Positions 47,677 through 57,621 of a DNA stretch of 64,000 nt are shown here, in pieces. Below the pieces are notes generated by a model. It saw only the letters and a program-made list of their open reading frames with translations. It was not told where the DNA came from and ran no database searches. Origin of the DNA: Candidatus Limihabitans stercoravium (lineage in GTDB: Bacteria > Bacillota > Clostridia > Christensenellales > CAG-314); contig DVLO01000022.1 in NCBI GenBank assembly GCA_018715495.1, positions 77,172-141,171 of the forward strand, written 5' to 3'. The number at the start of each line of letters is the position of its first letter. The first letter of the stretch is position 1. Both the position numbers and the translations under genes were made by a program.

Positions 47677-49908
47677 TCAGTTCACCTTGTCAAATAGTCT
47701 TCCAAGAATGTAAGGTTTGTCGTAATCGTAAGAAGTTTTAACGCCACGATTTAAAGATTGGTAGTAATTGACTGCCGCATTGTCGCAATCCAATGCAAAG
47801 TTACCTGCAAAATTGATCTTGTGAGCAACATACATTTTCTTTACATTGACAAGATCAAAAGTACAGATTGTGTCACGTCTGCGACGAATTTCGAAATTGT
47901 TTCCCAATTCATCTGTATATACCAATGGTTTGAAACTGCATTTTTCGCAACTGCCGCCAAAGGTGTTCTTTAATGGACAATGAACAAATCGCATCAGCAC
48001 AGGATGACCGTCGACAAACACAAATCCCTTACTACTTAGTATAGAACTTATTTCCTTTAAAGTCAATTCCAAAGAATAGACAAAAGCAACTGCATCCTCA
48101 AATACAGTGCCGTATGTGTTGTAAATGTTCAACCCTTGACCGCAAATGTACCGACGACCACTTTCACGTGCCAACTGAACTCCACCCACATTATGAACAC
48201 ACAAGCCCACCTCTTTCGGCAAAATTCTGTCAATGTAATCAAGGTTGGCGAAGGGAGGCACATCAAAAAAGATGTCATCTTTCACAGCCAAATACTGAGA
48301 AACAGTTTGCTTGTTCAGATTTTCTTCCACAACCACACTGTAATCACAGCCCAACTCAATGGATTGTTTCAATTGACTGACGCTGCGGCAGAAAACCATT
48401 GTCTTTGCCGACTTGATTCCATCAGCGCTATTTGCTACAGGCATGATATTTACTGGCTTTCTGTTAAGTCTGTCAGTGTAAGCCTTGACAATACTTTCAG
48501 TCAACTGACTGAGACAATTGCGCCTCAAGGCATTTAATACACTTTTGGGTATAAAAACACCGCCCGCATCAACTACTATGTCAGTAATAGTATAGTACGA
48601 ATCGCCTGTTTTTGATAATTGTTGACGTATTTCTTCCGCTGCAGTAGGACTTTTCAGCGCCTTTTGAGCGATATCCCCCAAAACATCAACCTGAACATCA
48701 CCACTACAAGCAACCAACCGCAAAGGTTCGCCTGCCCTTGCAAAAAAGTTCAGACTTACACCAATTGTACGCCTTACGGCATCTACCCTCTCAAGCTGTT
48801 TAACAGATGTTGTGAGATACGCTTCAGCATTTTTCACAACTCCGCTGCCACTCAATCTCATCTTGCCGCTCTGCGTAACTGTTGCAACAGCTCCACCACA
48901 TTCTTTGCCGTTTTTGAACAGTTTAAAACCGTCTCCCTTGTCAATCTTTCTTGTTGTATTGATTGTACCATCCTGATTTACAGTACCGACAAACAAACCC
49001 ATGTGGCCTTGAACACGTGAACAGATTATATCAGAATTGTCGCCATTCAGGTAATTGTCCGCGACATAATCCCCACGGTTGTAGATCGCCTTCAATCTGT
49101 CAACGCTGTCAACAGAAAGGACACCGCCTGAACCGAATATTTCAGAATAAACGGCAGATGTCTCTCCCGCATACTGCGGACGCCTGTTACGACCTTCAAT
49201 TTTGAATACGTCAGCACCGGCATTAAGAAGATCTTGTGTAATAGCTGCGCCACACATATCTTTAGCCGACAACAAGTAGCCACGCCTTGCTTCACCGTCA
49301 TGATTGCACCCGTAAATGCGTCTACAGGGCTGAGCGCACAGCCCTCTGTTGCCACTGTTTCCACCTGCCATTGCCGACATCAGACACTGCCCCGATTGAC
49401 ACACGCACAGTGCACCGTGAATAAAACATTCGACTTCAACGCCAACGCTCTTGACTTCCGATACAGCCCGATAGGTGCTTTCTCTTGAAAGTACCACTGT
49501 TGTTGCACCAAGATTTTTTACGAACTGTGCCCCGTACCTATCATGGATATTAAGCTGTGTACTTGCAACCACTTCCATATTGGGCAGATTGTCACGGCAA
49601 TACTGCATTAATGCAAGGTCGGTAACAATAACGCCATCCGCATTGCTTGAGTATATGTCATGAAGCAGACTCACCGCATCGCAAAATTCATCTTGCTTAA
49701 GAGAGGTGTTCAACGTAACATAAACCTTTACACCGTATAAATGGCAATAGTCCGCCCACTGAGCAAGATTGTCTACCGTGAAATTGTCAGCCTTCATTCT
49801 GGCATTGAATTTATCAAGGCCAAGATAAACGGCATCCGCACCGTTGTTTACAGCACATTGTAGCGCCTGCACATTGCCGGCAGGCGCTAAAACGCAATAT
49901 TTTTTCAT
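47677..49908 (-). CDS. Peptidase U32 family protein (long form)
   Basis: U32 signature region (E.FIHGALC...SGQCLMS). ATG 49908 forms an ATGA overlap with the pheT stop. Confidence 0.85.
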   Translation of the reverse strand: MKKYCVLAPAGNVQALQCAVNNGADAVYLGLDKFNARMKADNFTVDNLAQWADYCHLYGVKVYVTLNTSLKQDEFCDAVSLLHDIYSSNADGVIVTDLALMQYCRDNLPNMEVVASTQLNIHDRYGAQFVKNLGATTVVLSRESTYRAVSEVKSVGVEVECFIHGALCVCQSGQCLMSAMAGGNSGNRGLCAQPCRRIYGCNHDGEARRGYLLSAKDMCGAAITQDLLNAGADVFKIEGRNRRPQYAGETSAVYSEIFGSGGVLSVDSVDRLKAIYNRGDYVADNYLNGDNSDIICSRVQGHMGLFVGTVNQDGTINTTRKIDKGDGFKLFKNGKECGGAVATVTQSGKMRLSGSGVVKNAEAYLTTSVKQLERVDAVRRTIGVSLNFFARAGEPLRLVACSGDVQVDVLGDIAQKALKSPTAAEEIRQQLSKTGDSYYTITDIVVDAGGVFIPKSVLNALRRNCLSQLTESIVKAYTDRLNRKPVNIMPVANSADGIKSAKTMVFCRSVSQLKQSIELGCDYSVVVEENLNKQTVSQYLAVKDDIFFDVPPFANLDYIDRILPKEVGLCVHNVGGVQLARESGRRYICGQGLNIYNTYGTVFEDAVAFVYSLELTLKEISSILSSKGFVFVDGHPVLMRFVHCPLKNTFGGSCEKCSFKPLVYTDELGNNFEIRRRRDTICTFDLVNVKKMYVAHKINFAGNFALDCDNAAVNYYQSLNRGVKTSYDYDKPYILGRLFDKVN

Positions 49909-52289
49909 CTTAAAGTTGCACCGTATTTTTCTTGCAGTTCCTTCAAACATGAAGAAAGCTGCTTTTCAATATTCTTATCCTCAAGAGTCTTGTTCTTGTC
50001 ACGGAATGTAACTGTTACGGCAATACTCTTGTTACCTTCACCCAATTGAGCGGCATTGCGGTAAACATCGAACACTTTCACATCTTCACACAAAGGCATC
50101 TTAGTAAAGCAATCCACGATGTCCTGAGCGTGGACTTCTTCCTTCATCACCAACGCAAAGTCACGGTCAATAGATGGGAATTTTGCAAAAGTCTGGTAAC
50201 GGAATGTTTTGTCAGCATGAGCGTTCAATGCGTCAATGCGAATTTCAGCAGCATACACATCGGTTGCAAAATCGAAATTTTTAGCAACTTCGGGGTGAAC
50301 CTTACCGAACACGGCTACACATTCATTACCACACATTACATCAGCTGACACACCGGGATGCAACCATGGGGAAGTACCTTCGACAAACTTTACATCATCA
50401 ACATAGGAGTACAGCAATTGCAAAACTTCTTGCTTGAACTGATAGATGTTTTCAGCATATGTTGAAGCCATGCAAATACGATTTTCTTCAATCGGAAGCT
50501 GTTGCAACGGAAGTTCGTCAGTCAAATAAACTTTACCAGATTCGAACAAACGCAACTTGTAATTCTTGCGGCTGTGATTTAACGAAATACACTGCAACAT
50601 GTTGTGATACAATTCCCTGTTCATGAACGCAAGATCTTCCGCAATGGGATTGATGAGCGCAATGTTTTTCGAAGTGTCGTAATTCTTGACAGACTTGTTG
50701 TACAATGCACTACCTGCAAACGGATAGAAAATACATTCATTGTATCTCATTCCAACTAAAATACCCTTAGCCTTGTCAATTGCCTTTACATGCTGAGGTT
50801 TACCACCAATGGTAATTGCCGTATCATTCATCAATGTGCCGAAAATGTTGTCGTAACCGTGGACACGAATGATTTCTTCGATTATATCACAATCAAGGCG
50901 AAGATCGTATTCCCTCCAACGTGGCGCAATACAACTGATTGTTTCACCCTTGATTTCGCACTTGATACCAAGACTTTCAAGAATGCTCTTTACCTTTTCG
51001 TCCTCAACGGAAATGCCCAACAACTGCTTGATACGTGACTTTTCAAATGTAATGTTGTTGTTCCAGTTGTTTTCTACTGTTTTTGAAATTCTGCCCACAG
51101 TGACCTTACCGCACTGCAACTGACAGATGAGATTCAACGCACGGTCAAGACCTACTTCGGGGCTGTAACCGTCAACACCCTTTTCGAATCTTGCTGAAGA
51201 ATCGGAGCGCAGCCCAAGTCTTCTTGATGTGCGACGAATATTTTCACGGGAAAATCTTGCAGATTCGAACAACACTGTTGTTGTGCTATCCTTGATACCC
51301 GAATTAAGTCCACCCATAACGCCTGCAAGACCTACAGCACGGTTGTTGTCGGCAATTACAAGATCCGTTGTGTCAAGCTGGTATTGCTTGCCGTCAAGCA
51401 CCGTAATCTTTTCGCCTTTATTTGCTGAACGCACTACAATCTTTTTGTCGGTTATATCACGGTAATCGAATGCGTGCATTGGTTGACCAACTTCCCACAA
51501 GACGTAGTTTGTAATGTCAACAAGATTGTTGATACCGTGCAGACCCACTTTCGCAAGGCGGGAGGTCATCCACAACGGAGATTTGGCAATAGCGACATCA
51601 GTCACACCTTGCATGAGGTAACCGTTGCAAAGTTCGGTGTTCTGCACATCGACATCTACCAACTGAGATGTATTTGTGTCAGAACTCACGGTGTAAGATA
51701 CATCCAACGGGCGGCATTTTTTTCCAAGTGCAACTGCCACTTCCCTTGCAAGACCGTAAATGCTGTTACAATCCTGACGGTTGCTTGTAATATTGAAATC
51801 AAGAACATAGTCGTCAAGACCCACTTCACGACGAATATCTTCACCTACTGTTGCCGTGGACTGCAACACCAGAACGCCATCCATATCAGCATTGGGGTAC
51901 ATATCGGCTGTTACACCAAGTTCTTCGCCGCCGCAAAACATTCCGTGAGATTCTTCGCCACGCATCTTGCCTTTCTTGATATGAAGCCCATTTGCCGTAT
52001 GTGCGTCATGCAATGCAACGGGAACCTTGTCACCTACCGCAATGTGCTGATCGTTTGTGACAATGGGAATGATCTCACTGCCGATATTTACCTTACAGCA
52101 ACGCAACCTGTCTGCATTGGGGTGCTGAGAAATTTCAGTGATCTGTCCCACTACAATATTGTTTATTTTACTTCCAAGATAATCTACTTCTTCTATTTCA
52201 AAACCGATGTCAACCATTTTTCGGCACAGCGTTTCAATGTCAACATCAATGTCTACGTATTCTCTAAGCCATGAAATTGGTGCTTTCAT
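49905..52289 (-). CDS. pheT: Phenylalanine--tRNA ligase beta subunit
   Basis: 794 aa with N-terminal tRNA-binding OB (MKAPISWLREYV), B3/4, B5 and FDX-ACB domains. Confidence 0.97.
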   Translation of the reverse strand: MKAPISWLREYVDIDVDIETLCRKMVDIGFEIEEVDYLGSKINNIVVGQITEISQHPNADRLRCCKVNIGSEIIPIVTNDQHIAVGDKVPVALHDAHTANGLHIKKGKMRGEESHGMFCGGEELGVTADMYPNADMDGVLVLQSTATVGEDIRREVGLDDYVLDFNITSNRQDCNSIYGLAREVAVALGKKCRPLDVSYTVSSDTNTSQLVDVDVQNTELCNGYLMQGVTDVAIAKSPLWMTSRLAKVGLHGINNLVDITNYVLWEVGQPMHAFDYRDITDKKIVVRSANKGEKITVLDGKQYQLDTTDLVIADNNRAVGLAGVMGGLNSGIKDSTTTVLFESARFSRENIRRTSRRLGLRSDSSARFEKGVDGYSPEVGLDRALNLICQLQCGKVTVGRISKTVENNWNNNITFEKSRIKQLLGISVEDEKVKSILESLGIKCEIKGETISCIAPRWREYDLRLDCDIIEEIIRVHGYDNIFGTLMNDTAITIGGKPQHVKAIDKAKGILVGMRYNECIFYPFAGSALYNKSVKNYDTSKNIALINPIAEDLAFMNRELYHNMLQCISLNHSRKNYKLRLFESGKVYLTDELPLQQLPIEENRICMASTYAENIYQFKQEVLQLLYSYVDDVKFVEGTSPWLHPGVSADVMCGNECVAVFGKVHPEVAKNFDFATDVYAAEIRIDALNAHADKTFRYQTFAKFPSIDRDFALVMKEEVHAQDIVDCFTKMPLCEDVKVFDVYRNAAQLGEGNKSIAVTVTFRDKNKTLEDKNIEKQLSSCLKELQEKYGATLR

Positions 52290-52301
52290 ATCCGTCTCCT
52301 T

Positions 52302-53324
52302 TTACTTCTTGAACTGTCTTAAAAAGCGTGCGTCGTTTTCGTAGAACAGGCGAATGTCGGGGATTCCGTACTTGATCATTGCAATACGTTCAATTCCGAT
52401 ACCGAAAGCGTAACCTGTGTATTGCTTACTGTCAATTCCGCAGTTTTCAAGCACAAACGGATTGACCATACCTGCGCCCAGTACTTCAATCCAACCTGTT
52501 CCCTTGCACAGCGAACATCCCTTGCCGCCACAGTTACTGCACGACAGGTCAACTTCTACACTTGGTTCTGTAAATGGGAAGTAAGAAGGACGGAAACGAA
52601 CTTTAGTATCTTTAGTAAACAAGTTTTGCGCAATGTATTCAAGCGTTCCCTTGAGGTCACACAATGTCAGATGCTTGTCCACCACCAAACCTTCAATCTG
52701 ATGGAAAACAGGCGAATGTGATGCGTCGCTGTCCGAACGGAAGACCTTACCGGGGCAAACAATCTTGATGGGAGGCTGATTGTTTTCCATAAAACGTGCC
52801 TGCATTGGCGATGTGTGAGGACGCAACAAAATACTGTCCGTAATGTAGAACGTATCCTGCATGTCACGCGCAGGGTGATCTTTAGGAATATTCAAAGCCT
52901 GGAAACTGTAGTAATCTGTTTCAATTTCCGGGCCTTCAAGAACCTTGAAACCAAGAGGAATGAGCATTTCCTGGATTTGCTGTGTAATGAGCGTCACAGG
53001 ATGAAGTGTTCCAAGCGGTTCGTCAAGTGACTTTAAACTGATGTCAACTTTTTCGCTCTTGAGTTTGTGCTGCAATTCCATTTCAGCAATTTCTGCCGTC
53101 TTTTTTTCCAAAACGCTCTCAAGTTCGTTGCGCAGCTGATTTACCATGCTGCCAACCTTAGGACGGTCTTCCGGTGCGACATCCTTCATACCCTTGAGCA
53201 ATGCGGTAATAAGTCCGCTTTTGCCCATGTACTTGACCTTTACTTCCTGCAACTGCAAAGAAGTTGTACACTGCTCAATTTCCTGGGTGCAATCCGCACG
53301 CAGAGCGGTAATTTTTTCCTGCAT
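52302..53324 (-). CDS. pheS: Phenylalanine--tRNA ligase alpha subunit
   Basis: Class II motifs (HPARDMQDTFY, FRPSYFPFTEPS, GFAFGIGIERIAM). Confidence 0.97.
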   Translation of the reverse strand: MQEKITALRADCTQEIEQCTTSLQLQEVKVKYMGKSGLITALLKGMKDVAPEDRPKVGSMVNQLRNELESVLEKKTAEIAEMELQHKLKSEKVDISLKSLDEPLGTLHPVTLITQQIQEMLIPLGFKVLEGPEIETDYYSFQALNIPKDHPARDMQDTFYITDSILLRPHTSPMQARFMENNQPPIKIVCPGKVFRSDSDASHSPVFHQIEGLVVDKHLTLCDLKGTLEYIAQNLFTKDTKVRFRPSYFPFTEPSVEVDLSCSNCGGKGCSLCKGTGWIEVLGAGMVNPFVLENCGIDSKQYTGYAFGIGIERIAMIKYGIPDIRLFYENDARFLRQFKK

Positions 53325-53344
53325 AAAAAATCTCCTTAATTCAC

Positions 53345-53612
53345 AAAACTTACAAAACTAAAAAACGCCCCGACAAAACGTCAGGGCGTAAACTTACGCG
53401 GTACCACCTAATCTTCGGCAAACAACTGCCATCTCTAAACGTCTGTAACGGGACGCAACCGGGCAAAGCTACTCACAGTAAATGCTTCACAATGCCGACT
53501 CTAAGGGGAAAATCTTTCCGCAACACGCACGATCTTGCACCAACCGATCGTTCTCTTAAACTGCGTACCGCTGCGGACTCTTGAACCTTGTCACAGTCTT
53601 TGGTATTGAGTT
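53345..53612 (-). promoter_or_regulatory. T-box riboswitch leader of pheST
   Basis: Minus strand: AGAGA bay plus a GGUGCAA distal loop in stem I, and the T-box sequence AGGUGGUACCGCG (53397-53409) overlapping the terminator arm. Confidence 0.85.
53360..53388 (-). terminator. T-box attenuator terminator
   Basis: CGCCCUGAC / GUCGGGGCG stem followed by U6, directly 3' of the T-box sequence. Confidence 0.85.
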
Positions 53613-53618
53613 GGTCTA

Positions 53619-53647
53619 ATTATACCAAATCTTTACGGTTCTTGCAA
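53619..53647 (-). promoter_or_regulatory. Candidate sigma-A promoter of the pheST T-box leader
   Basis: Minus strand: TTGCAA-17 nt-TATAAT, overlapping the 3' end of the yunB-like ORF. Confidence 0.65.
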
Positions 53648-54325
53648 CTGTTTATAACCACTTTCAACCTGCCCAAGCGTCAGTCCGTCAAGATAGACAC
53701 TAGGAATCTTTCCCACAACAACCGTTTCCGAAACAATCACAGGCACCTTGGTCACTACGCTCTCAATGTGTCCTGCCATTACGATGTCAACAGTCACTTC
53801 AACATCAAGGTAAATTCGGTGCAATGTCTGATTTATTCCCTGTGAGGTAAAACTAGAGCGAAATACACATTGCGCACGTCCGACAGGGTCTACATCCACC
53901 GACACGACAGGCCCTTTCCCGGTAAGTAACGGAAGTCCTGTTGCGGTACCCAAAGGCACATCCACACCACTGTGAGACAAAAGAGTTACGCTGTTCTGCA
54001 CATCGGCAATTGTTTGCCTTGCAATTGTATTTATCAGAACAGTATTGGAAGAAATAGATGTAATGTCGCCATCGGCATTTCGTTCGATGCTGACCAACTC
54101 TTCGCCGTTCTGATTAGCCATTGCGTTGAAGACTGCACCGTTTACCCATTGCAATGTCTTTGTCTTGACATCAGCAACCGCTAGCGTGACAATGGCGGGA
54201 GTCATGGATCTCATAAATGAAATTACCGAAGCCGTGATTACTACAGCAAAAAGCAGCAACACAATCAATATCGTTCTGCCACGCTTTTTTGCTTTGTAAC
54301 ACTTGTTCACTACCTTGTAATTCAC
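53633..54325 (-). CDS. yunB: Sporulation protein YunB-like
   Basis: 230 aa with a basic N-terminus, a single TM, and a beta-rich body ending ...VPVIVSETVVVG. Sits after the spoVA genes. GTG start after ACGGAG. The family call is from memory only. Confidence 0.55.
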   Translation of the reverse strand: MNYKVVNKCYKAKKRGRTILIVLLLFAVVITASVISFMRSMTPAIVTLAVADVKTKTLQWVNGAVFNAMANQNGEELVSIERNADGDITSISSNTVLINTIARQTIADVQNSVTLLSHSGVDVPLGTATGLPLLTGKGPVVSVDVDPVGRAQCVFRSSFTSQGINQTLHRIYLDVEVTVDIVMAGHIESVVTKVPVIVSETVVVGKIPSVYLDGLTLGQVESGYKQLQEP

Positions 54326-54382
54326 TGTTTGCTCCGTTTATTGCAGTATATTCCATTGGATTGAAAAGTGTTACAGTTTGAC

Positions 54383-54748
54383 TCAGTTTTTCTTTGTGTG
54401 AGGACGGAAAATTATTGCCACTATATAACCGCTGACAATTGCAACCGCTATACCAAGCGCACACCTGGACAATCCGCCCGTGAATGCGCCTATCCAACCG
54501 TCAGTCCTGACTGCTTCAACAGCTCCTTGTACCAGGGCACAACCAAATCCGCAAATCGGAATACTTGCACCGGCACCAGCAAATTCAATGAGCTTTTCGT
54601 ACAATCCGAATCCCTGAAGCACAGCGCCTGTTACCAGGAACAACACAAGCAATTTACCGTTGGTAAGATGAGTAAAGTTTATAATCAGCTGACCCGCCAT
54701 ACATATTGCACCGCCAACCAGAAATGCCTTTAAAAACGCTATTGCCAC
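54383..54748 (-). CDS. spoVAE: Stage V sporulation protein AE (SpoVAC/SpoVAEB family)
   Basis: 121-aa membrane protein, FLVGGAICMAGQ...GAGASIPICGF. Paralogous to the upstream SpoVAC. Confidence 0.85.
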   Translation of the reverse strand: MAIAFLKAFLVGGAICMAGQLIINFTHLTNGKLLVLFLVTGAVLQGFGLYEKLIEFAGAGASIPICGFGCALVQGAVEAVRTDGWIGAFTGGLSRCALGIAVAIVSGYIVAIIFRPHTKKN

Positions 54749-54750
54749 AA

Positions 54751-55755
54751 CTACCTCCTGTCAATTTCTACAAGATGTGCAATTGCAGGTATAGTTTCGC
54801 CCTGAAATGACGTTGTAGGACTCATCAATGCACCCGTGCCTATCAGCAACACCTTGTTGTATTTTCCCTTGTTAATGTCGTTTAAAATCATGCTGTTGAA
54901 CACCAAGGCGCTACACGCAGCTCCGCTTCCCCCCTGATAGGTTTGTTGTGAATCAAAGTACAGGTAAGCTCCGCAGTCTATGTGCCTTCCTCGGATGTCT
55001 ATGCCCTGCCGCTGCAACAGATCAACAAAGATGTCACCGCCCAGTTTGCCCAAATCGCCCGTTGCAATGAGATCGTAGTCGGTAGACTTGCTTTCTGTAT
55101 CATGCAAGAACGTCACAAGTGTGTCTACCGCCGCCGGAGCCATTGCCGCACCCATGTTGTTGGTGTCCATTACTCCGTAGTCTACAACCCTGCCCACCGT
55201 CGCATGGGTAATGCGTGGACACTTCAGCTCAGGACTTGACGTCAGGACAGTACAACCGACGCCCGTTGCCGTCCACTGTGTTACAGGTGAACGAAGAACA
55301 CCCAGTTCCAACGGATAGCGATACTGCCTTTCTGCTGTGGAAAAGTGACTTCCGCTGACACACAGTACATTTTCCAATCCGTTGTTGAGCATGCCCGAAC
55401 CAAGTATGAGGCTTTCTACAAAGGTAGCACATGCGTTATACAGTCCGAAAAAGCCTGTGTGAATGTTGCGCATTGCAAAGGAACAGGAGACAATCTGATT
55501 GAGAAGGTCTCCGCCAAAAACTGCGTCAATGTGGTCTATTGTCAGGTTTGCCTTGGCAATTGCCGAAGAAATTGCATGTTCAAACATACGGCGTTCGGCT
55601 TTTTCGAATGTCTTTTCTCCGAACATGTCACTTGACAATGAAAGGTCGAAACAGCCACGGAGCCGCCCGTCGTTCTCCTTTGGACCTGCCACCGTGTAAC
55701 CGTCGGACACGTAGCTGTTTTTAAATGTCAGAGTACGATTTTTATAGTAACTCAT
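54751..55755 (-). CDS. spoVAD: Stage V sporulation protein AD
   Basis: 334-aa thiolase-like fold, in the conserved position between spoVAC and spoVAE. Confidence 0.9.
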   Translation of the reverse strand: MSYYKNRTLTFKNSYVSDGYTVAGPKENDGRLRGCFDLSLSSDMFGEKTFEKAERRMFEHAISSAIAKANLTIDHIDAVFGGDLLNQIVSCSFAMRNIHTGFFGLYNACATFVESLILGSGMLNNGLENVLCVSGSHFSTAERQYRYPLELGVLRSPVTQWTATGVGCTVLTSSPELKCPRITHATVGRVVDYGVMDTNNMGAAMAPAAVDTLVTFLHDTESKSTDYDLIATGDLGKLGGDIFVDLLQRQGIDIRGRHIDCGAYLYFDSQQTYQGGSGAACSALVFNSMILNDINKGKYNKVLLIGTGALMSPTTSFQGETIPAIAHLVEIDRR

Positions 55756-56199
55756 TCAGCCTCCGAAAATCATTGTTATAAAGGCAATGATGGTAGAAAA
55801 CAACACGCCATTTACAATTACAGGGCCTGCTATAAGAAACATTTTGGCGCCCAATCCGTAGATGTAGCCTTCCGAACGGAACTCCAGCGCAGGACTGACT
55901 ACTGCGTTAGAAAAGCCTGTGATGGGTATTGTAGATCCTGCACCTGCGAAGCGTCCTAATTTGTCGTAAACGCCGAAACCTGTAAGTAACGCAGTGATAA
56001 GCACCAAAGTAGCTGATGCCAACGCAGACGCAAGCTGTTTTTCAACGCCAACGTAAGTATACAGTTCAATGAATGCCTGTCCGACGCAACAGATTGCACC
56101 GCCCACCGTGAAAGCCCAGAACAAGTTTTTAAAGTGAGATGACTTAGGTGACATCTCGTAAACGTACTGTTTGTAGTTGTGCTTTGTAATTTTATTCAT
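55756..56199 (-). CDS. spoVAC: Stage V sporulation protein AC
   Basis: 147-aa membrane protein, AFTVGGAICCVGQ...GAGSTIPITGF. Confidence 0.85.
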   Translation of the reverse strand: MNKITKHNYKQYVYEMSPKSSHFKNLFWAFTVGGAICCVGQAFIELYTYVGVEKQLASALASATLVLITALLTGFGVYDKLGRFAGAGSTIPITGFSNAVVSPALEFRSEGYIYGLGAKMFLIAGPVIVNGVLFSTIIAFITMIFGG

Positions 56200-56416
56200 T
56201 TTTGTTGTTTTTTCTTGGCATAAACCTGTTCTTTTTCGTCCATGTTTTTGCCAAACTCCCTTACTTGCTTTGTTCTCATACAGTTAGTATTAGCGTTTTA
56301 AATGGTTTCTAAACTATTTGCTGAGTGACAAATATTTGTAAAAATAGTTAAAATACGGAAAATTTCAGATACTATTACTGAAATAGTATCACACAAAATC
56401 AAGTAATCGGCAATAG

Positions 56417-56447
56417 AAAAAACGGACTCGCATTCAAATGCAAGCCC
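56417..56447 (-). terminator. Intrinsic terminator after sigF
   Basis: GGGCUUGCAU / AUGCGAGUCC stem followed by GUUUUUU on the minus strand. Confidence 0.75.
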
Positions 56448-56457
56448 GCAAAGGACA

Positions 56458-57180
56458 CTACTGCTCGTCGTATTGTTTTTTCAGCTTTTCTATTATCTTG
56501 TTTTCCAGTCGTGACACCTGAACTTGTGACACACCAAGCTTTGAGGCAATTTCGCCTTGTGTCATGTCACGGTAATACCGCAGGAACACAATCTTCTTTT
56601 CTCTGTCTGAAAGCTGTGACAACATGTCTTTTAATATTACGTTGTCTACAAGTTTCTTGTCGGAGTTGTCAGACAGTCTGTCCACCAGCTGCAATGCCTT
56701 GCCATCCTTGTCATTGGCACTGTCGTACAGCGAAACAGGCATCTTTGCCGAATCCATGGCAAATACGACATCCGAAACTTCCATTTCGAATTTTTGCGCC
56801 ACTTCCTCCACCGTTGGTTCCTGACCTTCCTTTCTGCAATTGTCAATATACTGCGCAATCTTATTGGCCTGTGCTTTAAGCGACCTTGATACCTTGATGT
56901 AGCCGTCATCACGCATGTAGCGTTTGACTTCGCCAAGTATCATTGGCACGGCATAGGTAGAAAAACGAACGTTGTACTCCGTGGAAAAATTTGCTATCGC
57001 CTTCAGCAGACCTATACTGCTGATCTGAAACAAATCGTCATACTCAATATGCTTGCCGATGTACCTTTTAATGATACTTTTAAGCAACGGCGTATTTTCT
57101 ACCACCAGAGTTTGTTTCGCTTCGTCGTCACCCTGCTGAGCCAGTGCAATAAGGCGCATTGTCTCTTCGTGCGACAGCAT
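56458..57180 (-). CDS. sigF: RNA polymerase sporulation sigma factor SigF
   Basis: Sigma-70 regions 2-4 (DLFQISSIGLLKAIANF, YAVPMILGEVKRYMRD, QGEIASKLGVSQVQVSRLE). Follows spoIIAA-spoIIAB. Confidence 0.9.
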   Translation of the reverse strand: MLSHEETMRLIALAQQGDDEAKQTLVVENTPLLKSIIKRYIGKHIEYDDLFQISSIGLLKAIANFSTEYNVRFSTYAVPMILGEVKRYMRDDGYIKVSRSLKAQANKIAQYIDNCRKEGQEPTVEEVAQKFEMEVSDVVFAMDSAKMPVSLYDSANDKDGKALQLVDRLSDNSDKKLVDNVILKDMLSQLSDREKKIVFLRYYRDMTQGEIASKLGVSQVQVSRLENKIIEKLKKQYDEQ

Positions 57181-57182
57181 GT

Positions 57183-57611
57183 TTATTCCGCCTTACAAAC
57201 ACTTTTTATCAGAGTAACAACAGTTTTTCCCGGTTCGGACTGAACATCCACCTTGTCACAGAATGCCTTCATTACGGTAAATCCCATACCTGACCTTTCA
57301 CCGTCGGAACACGTTGTATAAAAGGGCTGAAGCGCCTGCTGAATGTCGCTTATTCCCTTACCGTAATCGGTAACGGTAATTGTGATACTATTATTATCAA
57401 TTCCGCAAAAGATGTCTATATCTCCGCCCTGCTTCTGATACCCGTGCACAATGCAATTGGTTACAGCTTCAGAAACAGCCGTCTTGATGTCGTCAAGCTG
57501 TTCAAGATTAGGATTGAGCTGTGCAAAAAATGCCCCCACAACACTACGTGCAAAAGCCTCATTTTGCGACAATGCCTTAACTGTCAATTTCATCTCATTA
57601 GAAAAATTCAT
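57183..57611 (-). CDS. spoIIAB: Anti-sigma F factor SpoIIAB (serine kinase)
   Basis: GHKL motifs (EAVTNCIVHG, DYGKGI, GMGFTV). ATG 57611 lies 5 nt after GAAGGAG and is preferred over TTG 57629. Confidence 0.9.
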   Translation of the reverse strand: MNFSNEMKLTVKALSQNEAFARSVVGAFFAQLNPNLEQLDDIKTAVSEAVTNCIVHGYQKQGGDIDIFCGIDNNSITITVTDYGKGISDIQQALQPFYTTCSDGERSGMGFTVMKAFCDKVDVQSEPGKTVVTLIKSVCKAE

Positions 57612-57621
57612 TGTAACTCCT

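Noticed and set aside
56196-56243. 15-codon upstream ORF (MDEKEQVYAKKKQQK) whose TGA overlaps the spoVAC ATG (ATGA). spoVAC itself has no obvious Shine-Dalgarno sequence.
   Set aside because: The micro-ORF's own RBS (AAGGGAG) sits 12 nt from its ATG, which is suboptimal, and there is no independent support. It could be chance in an A-rich leader. The missing spoVAC RBS is still worth remembering.
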